From an uncultured Acidobacteriota bacterium (lineage in GTDB: Bacteria > Acidobacteriota > Vicinamibacteria > Vicinamibacterales > CAVVIG01), in NCBI GenBank assembly GCA_963696165.1, contig CAVOIY010000002.1:61613-125612 (forward strand): DNA of 64,000 nucleotides, written 5' to 3'. Shown piece after piece: positions 55,236 through 64,000 of this stretch. The translations under genes were made by a program, and so were the position numbers. How positions within the stretch are numbered: position 1 is the first letter of the stretch; the number at the start of each line of letters is the position of its first letter. Below the pieces are notes generated by a model, which was not told the origin of the DNA, ran no database searches, and saw only the letters and a list, made by a program, of their open reading frames with translations.

Positions 55236-57905
55236 CTATTCGTACCGCAGCGCAACGAGCGGATCGACCCGCATCGCCCGCCGCGCCGGGATGTAGCACG
55301 CGACCAACGCGACGACGCCGAGGAGAATCGTGACGGCCACGTAGGTGATCGGGTCTGTCGGCCTCACGCCGTATAACACTCCAGCCATGACGCGCGACAC
55401 GATCACCGCGCAGATGAGTCCGGTTGCCGTCCCGGCAATGGTGAACGCGACGCCTTGTCGCAAAATCATCAGCAGGATGTTCCGGTGCTGCGCTCCAAGC
55501 GCGAGGCGTATCCCGATTTCGTGCGAGCGCTCGCTGACGGTGTACGAAATCACACCGTAAATGCCGAGGGCGGCGAGAAGGAGCGCTGTGAGCGCGAACA
55601 GACCAACCACTTCGAGCGAGAATCGCCGCGAGGACAGAGACGATGCGACCGCGTCGTTCAGCATCTGCGCGCCGAACACGGGAATCGTCCGGTCGACGGA
55701 TTGCACCTGCTCGCGCACTTGATCCGGAATCGCCGCCTCGTCCAGTTGTCCGCGCAGGAAAATCGCGAGATGCTTCGCCCCCGTTTGGTGCAAGCTCAAA
55801 TACACGACCGGAACCGCCGCATCTTCCAGCGATTCTGTCCGCGCGTTCGCGACAACTCCGACGACAGTCGTCCAAGCGGTCGCCCGCCGAAAGAGCTTGA
55901 CGTGCTGACCGAGCGGATCGACGCCTGGCCAGTACGTCCTGGCCATCGCCTCGTTGATGACCGCGACGGGAGGCGAGGCGCCGGCGTCGACATCAGTGAA
56001 CGACCGACCGCGAAGCAGCGTCATGCCGATTGCGTGAAAGTACTCGGGCGCGACGATGGAAGCGTCGACCAGCGGCGCGTCGGCGGCGTTTAGATCATGG
56101 CCTTCCCGGACCATCGGGATCGGCGGATTCTGATTGCTGCGATCGTGCGCCAACGGAATCGCGCCGAGGTCGCCGATGGCGGCGTCTTCGACCCCCGGCA
56201 GCGTTCGCACGCGACGAAGAACTTCGCGCATGAACGGTGCCTGTTGCGCGGTCGTTCCATAATGATCGGTCGTCACGTCGTTCGGATATGGCAGCCGCAT
56301 CTGCACCGCCATCACGCGCTCCGGATTGAATCCGAGCCGCGCGTTCAGCAGCTCCCAGAAGCTGCGCAATAGAAGAACCGCGGCCGTCATCAGAACCAGT
56401 GAAAGCGCGAATTCGGTCACGATGAGCAGGCGACGCGTGCGTTGCTGCTCTCGGGACCCGGTCGAGCCGCGTCCTTCCTGTTTGAGCCGGCGCGTGACAT
56501 CGACTCGATCCACGTGAAGCGCCGGGAACAAACCGAATATGCCGCCTGTCACGACGGAGGCGACCAGAGCGAACAGCAGCACGCTGGAACTGATGGAGAT
56601 GTCGTTGAGCCGCGGCAGGCTCGCGGGAAGAAACCGCAGCAGAAAGCCTTTGGCCAAGTACAAGAGCAGGAGACCGGCGACGCCGCCGACGACCGACAGC
56701 AGCACGCTCTCGGTGAGCAACTGACGGATCAGCCGTGAGCGCGCGCCGCCGAGCGCCTGTCGAATCGCGATTTCGGCGCCTCGCGCGCTCGCACGCGCGA
56801 GAAGGAGATTGGCAAGATTGACGCAGCCGATCAGCAGCACCAACCCCACGGCGGCAAGCAAGAGCATCAGCGATTGGCGCACGTTGCCGACGACGCTGTC
56901 TTTCAGTGGAACCAGCCGGACGGTCCACGCGCTTTGCGCTGGGTAATCGCCCGGGAACTGTTTCTGCAGCGACGCGACGAGGGCGTCGACCCGGCTCTGC
57001 GCCTCGGCGACCGTCAGCCCGGGTTTGATTCGTGCGATCGCGGTGGGAAGGAAGCGACCACTCCGCGGCGGGTTGTCGGGAAGGGGCGCGCCGAAGAAAC
57101 TGGTCGCGGCCCACACTTCGATATTCCGTTCGCGCCCCGTCGCCCCGGGGTCGTGGAAACCGGCGGGCATCACGCCGACCACATGATAGAGATCGGTGTC
57201 GAGTCGGACGCCTTTGCCGATAATCGCGGGATTCCCGCCAAACGCCCGCTTCCAGAGCCCGTCGCTGATCACGACCTCGGTCGTGAAACTTGGCGTGTAA
57301 TCGTCTGGCGGAAAGGCACGGCCAATCTGTGGACGCGCGCCGAGCAGTGAAAAATAATTCGGCGACACGATCAGCAAGCTGACGCGCGCGGGTCGAGACG
57401 ATCCCGTGAGATTGTTGTCGTCGTACCACGCCGGGGCGACGCCCTCGAAGATTCCGGAATGCTGAAGGTCCTGCCATTCCGGCTGCGACATGCCGACGTC
57501 CCGCGCATCCGACGCCTTGAAGATCGTCTTCGATCCTCACGAGCTGCTCGGGATGCGACGTACGGCAGCGGATGCAGCAGCGTGGCATCGACGACGCTGA
57601 AAATCGCCGTCGTGGCGCCGATGCCGAGCGCCATCGTGAGGACCGCGACGACCGTGAACGCCGGGGATTTGCGCAGCAGCGCGCGCCGCGTAGCGCAGGT
57701 CCTGCCACGCATGGTCGAACCAGAGCCATCGGGCCGATTCGAAGAACCGCTCTTCAGCGCCGGTGACGTTGCCGAACTTTCGAAGCGCTGTATGACGGGC
57801 GTCGTCGGGGCTCAGCCCCTCTTCCTGGAGACGCTCGGTCTCGAGCCGGATGTGGGCTTCAATCTCCGCCGTGAAATCTTCGACGCCGCGTCTGCCCCCA
57901 AACAT
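55236..57905 (-). CDS. ADOP-type MacB/FtsX permease with N-terminal prefix; frameshifts at about 57500-57690
   Basis: FTAEIEAHI prefix; [30 protein letters not shown] and [17 protein letters not shown] motifs. Confidence 0.92.
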
Positions 57906-57908
57906 CGT

Positions 57909-58274
57909 CTATCCCTTCGCCGCATCTGCTTCGAGCACCCGGGCGATCGCCGCTGAAAGCCGCTTCCACTTGCTGGTTTCTTTCACGAGATGGCGTCGAC
58001 CGAGCGCCGTGAGCGAGTAGAACCGGGCCTTACGGTTGTTCGAGGAGGTGCCCCATTTTCCAGCGATCCACCGTCGCTTCTCGAGGCGCTGCAAGGCTGG
58101 ATAGAGCGCGCCGTGCTCGACGAGCAGCTCCTCGGCGGACGTGCCTTGAATCGCCCTCGCGATCCCCTGCCCGTGTTCGGGCCCGAAGATCAGCGTGCGC
58201 AGAATCAGCAGGTCCAGCGTTCCCTGGAGCAAATCGAGCTTTTCAGCGGTGTCGGAGGCATCTCGGGTAGGCAT
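57909..58274 (-). CDS. PadR family regulator (acidobacterial type)
   Basis: [30 protein letters not shown] and [10 protein letters not shown] motifs. Confidence 0.94.
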   Translation of the reverse strand: MPTRDASDTAEKLDLLQGTLDLLILRTLIFGPEHGQGIARAIQGTSAEELLVEHGALYPALQRLEKRRWIAGKWGTSSNNRKARFYSLTALGRRHLVKETSKWKRLSAAIARVLEADAAKG

Positions 58275-58277
58275 TTA

Positions 58278-58312
58278 ACCCGAGTATCGGCGATGCTCGG
58301 GTCAGAAGTCAA
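58278..58312 (-). promoter_or_regulatory. PadR operator candidate with TTGACT
   Basis: ACCCGAGTATC-GGC-GATGCTCGGGT (10/11) at 58278-58302; TTGACT on the minus strand at 58307-58312. Confidence 0.65.
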
Positions 58313-58373
58313 CCCAAGAGATCGCATGTCATTGCGGCCGGCGTCGACCGCCGGCAGCGCGGGGGATACGGTG

Positions 58374-58781
58374 CTACGCGATCGTCCGCCGGTCGAAGTC
58401 CGCGGCCAGCCGCGCAAGCGCGAAGGAACCGAGCGCCAGGCCGAGATCGCGAAGCGCGACGTCGAAGTAGCCCGGAATCGACAAGAGGTTGAGAATGATG
58501 CCGCAGAGCCACAACCCTACGATCCATGCGCCAATCGCCGGCATGAATGCCACCAGCAACCCCGCGATAATTTCAATCACTCCTACCCCGAGCATGAAGG
58601 TGTGGGGTGCGATGTGGAGCGTCTGTGAGACCAGCGGCGACAGATACTGGTCCCAGTTGACGAGGAAGTGGAAAAACTTGTCGACGCCGGCAGCTATAGG
58701 TGCGACGGTGAACGCGATGTGAAGGATTTCGTAGGCCTGGTACGACGGGCTTGACGATCGAATGGCTGAACTGGTGGCCAT
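58374..58781 (-). CDS. DoxX-like membrane protein
   Basis: GGAGG SD; AGVDKFF..WDQYL, GVIEI and YFDVALRDLGL motifs. Confidence 0.8.
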   Translation of the reverse strand: MATSSAIRSSSPSYQAYEILHIAFTVAPIAAGVDKFFHFLVNWDQYLSPLVSQTLHIAPHTFMLGVGVIEIIAGLLVAFMPAIGAWIVGLWLCGIILNLLSIPGYFDVALRDLGLALGSFALARLAADFDRRTIA

Positions 58782-58896
58782 GCTGCCTCCTCGTTAGGTC
58801 GTACGCAAGAAACATCCCATGCGGTCCCGTTTTACGCCGTTGCGCTCAAATGTGATCGAAGGAATACTTGTCGGCATCTCAGCCATTGAGGGACTC

Positions 58897-59376
58897 ATGA
58901 CTTCCACATTGTTGCTGCGAGTCGCATCGGTCATCTCGCTGTTGTTCGCGTGCGGGCACACGCTGGGCGGCCGGCGGTCCTGGTCCCCAATGGGCGAGTC
59001 TGACGTCCTCGCCGCGATGCGAGCATTCCGGTTCGAGACGATGGGCGTGACCCGGTCGTACTTGGATTTCTACCGCGGATTCGGCTTCACGTTGAGTGTG
59101 TTCCTGCTGCTGCAGACGGTCGTCTTATGGCAACTCGGAACGCTGGCCAAGAGAAACGGCGGCCAGGAGCGGCCGATGGTGTGGTCGTTCCTGATCGCGT
59201 CGCTGGCGAGCACGGCACTGACGTGGAGATTCATCTTTCCGATGCCCGTGTACTTCTGGGCTGCGATCATCGCCTGTCTCGGTGGAGCGCTCGCACTCGG
59301 TGAGGCGGGCTCAAGCCGGCCGCTACGCGGAACCGAAGTTGGCGCTAGTAACCGATTACGTTCAACATCAGTGTGA
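58897..59376 (+). CDS. Hypothetical 4-TM membrane protein
   Basis: GHTLG, AMR and SYLDFYRGFG motifs; the stop may lie earlier (near 59303) if a frameshift is present. Confidence 0.7.
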   Translation: MTSTLLLRVASVISLLFACGHTLGGRRSWSPMGESDVLAAMRAFRFETMGVTRSYLDFYRGFGFTLSVFLLLQTVVLWQLGTLAKRNGGQERPMVWSFLIASLASTALTWRFIFPMPVYFWAAIIACLGGALALGEAGSSRPLRGTEVGASNRLRSTSV

Positions 59377-59926
59377 CGACGCCCGAGAGGATCATGAGAC
59401 CGCTGGCGACATAAGCGGTCTGCGTGCCGCGACCGGCGGCGCGTTCGGCTCGTGCTGCCGCCGCGAAATACAGAAAGGCGCCGGCGAGCACCAGCGCCAG
59501 TTCCACAGCAGCCGATACGAGCGGCGCCTTCCAGAGTCCGAATCCGAGCCGCGAGAAACCGCCCACGTTTCCGGGCAGAAGTGGCATGTCTCCACGGTGC
59601 ACGACGAGATCGAGGAGCCAATGAGAAAACACCACCGCGCCGAGCACGAGGGCCGCGCGCCGGTTCCACACCGCGGCGGCCAGCAGGGCTGAGAGAGCGG
59701 CGATCAGTGCCGCGCCGACGAGCGAATGCGTGTAGTCCGCATGAATGATTACGCTGCCGTAGCCGCCCGTTGTGCCGGCCACTGGCTCGAGGTGCTCGAT
59801 ACCGATCGCGAAGAGCGGGACGAAGAAGACGTCCAGCCATTGTGTGGCGAGCATCAGCGCCCACAGCGGAACGCCACGCTCACGTGATTTGACGATCGCC
59901 GCAAAGCCGAAATGCCCCGCAATCAT
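59345..59926 (-). CDS. Membrane-bound metal-dependent hydrolase-like protein
   Basis: GHF, WLD, YTHSL and SHWLLDLVVH metal-ligand pattern. Confidence 0.75.
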   Translation of the reverse strand: MIAGHFGFAAIVKSRERGVPLWALMLATQWLDVFFVPLFAIGIEHLEPVAGTTGGYGSVIIHADYTHSLVGAALIAALSALLAAAVWNRRAALVLGAVVFSHWLLDLVVHRGDMPLLPGNVGGFSRLGFGLWKAPLVSAAVELALVLAGAFLYFAAAARAERAAGRGTQTAYVASGLMILSGVVTLMLNVIGY

Positions 59927-60024
59927 CGGCGTGTCCTGCGCCGCATGGAATCGGGCCACGGAATTCGCGCGTCGGCCGTTCCGACGATCGCGACGAACAT
60001 GATGAGACCGATGATGAATGACAT
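59923..60024 (-). CDS. Small hydrophobic peptide, 33 aa (not in the ORF track)
   Basis: AAGGGA SD; MSFIIGLIMFVAIVGTADARIPWPDSMRRRTRR; stop overlaps the next ATG. Confidence 0.5.
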   Translation of the reverse strand: MSFIIGLIMFVAIVGTADARIPWPDSMRRRTRR

Positions 60025-60032
60025 GGTGTCCC

Positions 60033-60147
60033 TTAGAGCGTTTTCGATTTTGACGTAGCGCGAGGCTTCAGCCGAGCGGAAATACCGCGCGGGAATCTGT
60101 ACGCTCGGCTAAAGCCTCGCGCTACAACGATCTGGAAATCGCTCTAA
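60033..60147. repeat. GTAG-family REP doublet nested in a MITE-like element
   Basis: Inverted 24-mers at 60055-60078 and 60102-60125 (23/24); outer TTAGAGCG...CGCTCTAA. Confidence 0.8.
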
Positions 60148-60246
60148 TCGTCGCTCCACTGTAATCGAAAACTTTCGGGTCAGATAACTGGCGCGATGTT
60201 TCGCTGACGCTTGACGGCCGTGACCAGGACCGCTGAGTATGCGCGC

Positions 60247-60755
60247 ATGTCATCTCTGAAAGATCAAGTGGCAGTCGTCACAGGCGGCACTTACGGCGTC
60301 GGCCGCGGCATAGCGCGTGCGCTGGCTCACGAGGGCGCGCGAGTGTACGTCACTGGGCGATCGGCTCCCGATGGCGCAGCTGAAGACGGAATCATAGGCA
60401 TCCCCTGCGACCACCGCGAGGATGCGAACGTGCTGACCGCCTTTGCGCGCATCGTTCAGGAAACATCTGGCATCGACATCCTCGTCAACAACGTCTACCC
60501 ATGATCGCCAAAGGGCGTGGGCTGATCGTAAACATCTCGTTCTGGCCAGCCCAGAAGTACGTTGCCAATGTGGCGTACGGGGTCTCAAAAGCCGCGACGG
60601 ACAAGATGACGGCGGACATGGCCGTGGAACTCGGCCCTCACGGCGTTGCCGTCGTCTCGCTGTACCCAGGGCTCGTCAGAACGGAGAAGGTGATCGAGGA
60701 GTCTCCCGAGCTTGTCGGGCGGGCAGTCGCAGCAAGTTGTTACGCGGCGAGGTGA
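60247..60755 (+). pseudogene. Short-chain dehydrogenase/reductase with internal deletions
   Basis: VTGGTYGVGRG and ILVNNV jump out of frame to GRGLIVNIS..YGVSK; helix alpha-E region missing; ends after ESPELVGRAVAA. Confidence 0.8.
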
Positions 60756-61117
60756 CGGACGACGTCGATGACCTGGCCGACGTCGACCGGCTTCTGAAAC
60801 GTGGCGACGGCGTTCAAGTCTCTGGTGAGCGCTTCGGGGCACGCCGAAACGACGATGACAGGAATCCCGGCGATCGACGGATCGGCGCGCTGCTCTCGAC
60901 GGAAGCTCCAGCCGTCCATTCGGGGCATCATCAAATCGAGGAGCACGACCTTGGCGCGCCCGCCCTCCTTCAAGTAGCTCAGCGCGTCAACGCCATCTTC
61001 AACCGGCACGACAGTCAGACCTTCGAATCCGAGGAGGATGACCATCATTTCTCGAATGGCGGGGTCATCTTCTACCAGCAGGACGTCCGTCCCGTGTTCT
61101 TTCTCGCCGTTAGGCAT
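60740..61117 (-). CDS. Single-domain response regulator (CheY-like)
   Basis: VLLVEDD, LLDLMMPRMDG, VVSA and KP motifs. Confidence 0.92.
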   Translation of the reverse strand: MPNGEKEHGTDVLLVEDDPAIREMMVILLGFEGLTVVPVEDGVDALSYLKEGGRAKVVLLDLMMPRMDGWSFRREQRADPSIAGIPVIVVSACPEALTRDLNAVATFQKPVDVGQVIDVVRHLAA

Positions 61118-61209
61118 TTCAATGCCACTGTACGCGAGAAGAGACTCTAGCTACAGCTCAGCGGTTCAACACGCCCTGGCACGACGTGTCATGATCGAGC
61201 GAACCGAGC

Positions 61210-62437
61210 ATGGAGACAGGTACGTTTCGCAGTTTCATCATGGGCGGGTTCGAATGTTCGACCCATCGGCTCCCAACCGGCAAGAGACTCGATCTTCTGC
61301 GCTCCACCCGGCACGACGAGCTCGCGGCGAGTGATTACCGCCTGTTGCAGCGTCACGGCATCCTGACTGCACGCGACGGCCTCCGGTGGCACCTCATCGA
61401 GCAAACGGCCGGCCGCTACGATTTCTCGAGCGCGAACGCCATGCTCCAGGCCGCCCGCGATACCGGCATGCAGGTGATCTGGGACCTCTGGCACTACGGC
61501 TGGCCCGACGACATCGACATCTTCTCGGGAGCCTTCGTCGACCGCTTCGCTGCGTACGCGAGCGAAGCGATCAAACGCATCGGCGACTTCGACGAGGCGC
61601 CGCTCATCTCGCCGATCAACGAGATCTCGTTCTTCTCGTGGGCCGGCGGCGAAGGCGGGCATCTTCAACCCGTTCGCGAAACATCGCGGCGACGAGATGA
61701 AGCGGCAGCTGGTGCGCATCGACCATCGGCGCGATCGATCGCGATGCGCGAGATGCGAATCGCTGCGGTTCGAATTGTTCAAATCGATCCGATCATTAAC
61801 GTCGTGCCCGAGAAGCGAGCGGGCAGAAGACCGACAGAATGCCGAGGGATACCGGCGAAGCCAGTTCGAAGCCTGGGACATGATCACTCGGGCGAGCGCA
61901 GCCGGAACTCGGCGGACGTGACGATCTCATCGACGTCATCGGCGTGAACTACTACATCCACAACCAGTTCGTCTGGGACGGGCACATGATCGTCCCGTCC
62001 GACCCGCGGTATCGCCACGTCAGCGTCGATGCTGCAGGAGGTCTACGACCGTTATCGTCGGCCGCTCTTCGTCGCCGAAACCGGAATCGAGGACGACACG
62101 CGGCCGGCGTGGCTGCGATACATGTGCAAGGAAGTGTTTACCGCGATGGGCGTCGGCGTCCCGGTGAGCGGCGTCTGTTTGTATCCGATCGTCAACCATC
62201 CCGGCTGGGACGACGACCGCCACTGCTACAACGGTTTGTTCGACTACGCCGACGCCGACGGCAATCGTGAGCCGTATCAGCCGCTGGCCGAGGAGGTCGC
62301 CCGCCAGTCGGCGAACGCTGCATCGTTCGGCAGCGCTGGCGATCTTCGCGCTCCCGAGCATGGCTGCGCTCGACACGAGCGCTCTGGACTGGGCCGCCCA
62401 CGTCATGCAGGAGCGCACGGACGAGAGCCGCACCTGA
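61210..62437 (+). CDS. GH1-like beta-glucosidase; multiple frameshifts
   Basis: GGFECSTH, RDGLRWH, WDLWHYGWP, PINEISF, GVNYY and FVAETG motifs. Confidence 0.85.
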
Positions 62438-62440
62438 TTC

Positions 62441-63190
62441 TCATTCCCAGCGAAACACTTTCGCCGATGCAGCGGTGAATGCCACGAACATGATCGACAA
62501 GATGGCGACGTCGGTCATGTGGGCGGACCAGCCTTCGCCCTGCCAGATGCCGCGCAGCAGCGATACCGCGTAGGTGAGTGGCAGAACGCGCGCAATCACC
62601 TGCAGCATCGGCGGCAGATGACCAATCGGGACGAACAGCCCCGAGATGCCGAGCATGGGATAAAGAATCAGCGTGCCGAGCGGTTGGGCAAACCGCGCCG
62701 TCGGCACGACGCTCGCGAGCAGAAACCCAAGCGACAGGACGCTCACGGTGGTGAACAGCAGCGCTACCGTAAACGACACGAACGGCACGGACCCGTCAAC
62801 CGCGAAGTAACGTCGGCCTGCGAGGAGCATCGCCGCCAAAGTGATCGCGGTGAACAGCAGCTTCACCAGGACATGCGCGGTCAGGATCGTGTAAGGCCGC
62901 AGCGGCGTCGCTCTGAGCCTTCTGAGAATTCCGCCTTCGCGATAAATGGCGATGATCGCGACCAGCGACAGGACGGTGCTCGTCGTAATGAGCAGCGACG
63001 TGAGGATCGGCAGGTCCACTGACACGGCGCGCGGCACGCGTGGAGTGCCGCTTCGCACGTCTGACCCGAACATCTTGCCGAAAAGGACAAAAATCACCAC
63101 CGGGATTCCCACCGAGCCGATGACCCCCAGCGGTTCCCGCAGGAATATCTTCGTTTCGAGCCACGTGAGTTTCAAAAGTCCGCGCAGCAT
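62441..63190 (-). CDS. ABC-2 type exporter permease
   Basis: YREGGILRRLRATP, SGLFVP and LPLTYAV motifs; ends FRWE. Confidence 0.9.
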   Translation of the reverse strand: MLRGLLKLTWLETKIFLREPLGVIGSVGIPVVIFVLFGKMFGSDVRSGTPRVPRAVSVDLPILTSLLITTSTVLSLVAIIAIYREGGILRRLRATPLRPYTILTAHVLVKLLFTAITLAAMLLAGRRYFAVDGSVPFVSFTVALLFTTVSVLSLGFLLASVVPTARFAQPLGTLILYPMLGISGLFVPIGHLPPMLQVIARVLPLTYAVSLLRGIWQGEGWSAHMTDVAILSIMFVAFTAASAKVFRWE

Positions 63191-63201
63191 CGGCCGTCCG
63201 T

Positions 63202-64000
63202 TCAGTCTCGAATCGTGTGGCCGGTCAGCTTGAGGAACACGTCCTCGAGCGTCGGTAGTTCCGTGCGGAAGTCGATCACGCGGATACGGTGTTCCGCCAG
63301 GCAGTGGATGACGTGTGTGACGAAGTCGACGCCGACTCCGCGAATTGTCACCCACGATCCCTCGCTGCGCACGGACTCGACCTGCGGCAGCGCCCGAAAC
63401 CGATCTACCGCTGCTCGATCCTCGCTCACGACGATGACCGTCCGCTCGGGACAGTGCCGCTGCACGAGCTCCGCCGGTGGGCCGATGTCGACGATGCGGC
63501 CGTGATCGATGATGGCGACGCGGTCGCAGAGGCGCTCGGCTTCTTCCATCAGATGCGTCGTCAGAAACACCGTCTTGCCGCGCTGGCGGATGCCGCGCAC
63601 GAGATCCCAGATCGCGCGTCGCGCCTGCGGGTCGAGGCCCGTCGTCAGCTCGTCGAGAAAGACCAGCTTCGGGATCGTTGATGAGCGCGAGCGCGATGAA
63701 GAGCCGCTGCTTCTGGCCGCCGGACAGCGTCATGAACCAGGCGTTCCGTTTGTCGCCCAGACCGAGCTGCTCGATCAGACGGTCGCCGTCGACCGGTTTC
63801 CGGTACAGCGACGCCCAGAGGCCGACGGCTTCACGCACCTTGATGCGCTTCTGCAGCTGCGCCTGTTGGAGCTGCACGCCGATGCGCTCCTGCAGCTGCG
63901 TAGACGTCGCGTCTTGGATCTAAGCCAAGAACTGAAATGGCGCCCCGATCGGGCGCACGCAGCCCGTCGACGCACTCCATCGTCGTCGTCTTGCCGGCGC
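63202..64000 (-). CDS. ABC transporter ATP-binding protein (5' end outside window; frameshifted)
   Basis: GKTTT, LSGGQKQRL, FLDELTTGLDP and LTTHLMEEAE motifs. Confidence 0.92.

Overview
High-GC bacterial chromosomal window. Three orphan MacB/FtsX (ADOP-type) permeases, three PadR regulators, a VPS10/BNR-repeat glycosidase and a Ser/Thr kinase-TPR protein suggest an Acidobacteriota (Vicinamibacteria-like) genome; this is an inference from gene content. About 15 otherwise intact genes carry single-base frameshifts, most likely long-read assembly errors. A separate class of true relics shows truncations or internal deletions: phoD, an integrase, phosphoketolase, an alpha/beta hydrolase, dinB, a permease and an SDR. 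Main blocks are (1) a kdpDE-porin-Usp-small peptide-APC transporter locus without kdpABC in the window, (2) a groESL copy without CIRCE, (3) ada-alkA divergent from a secreted HAF-repeat protein, (4) PadR/ADOP units, each PadR with its own operator palindrome, (5) a cytochrome b / molybdo-oxidoreductase pair, (6) an arsM / arsR-arsN2-GNAT arsenic cluster and (7) a GH1-like glycosidase and an ABC-2 exporter. No rRNA, tRNA or CRISPR array was seen. The strongest leads are twin inverted boxes that appear to put the HAF-repeat protein under Ada control, the Kdp-pump-less potassium module with repeated OmpR-type boxes and an unannotated 39-aa peptide, and the link between PadR neighbours and the permease N-terminal prefix domain.
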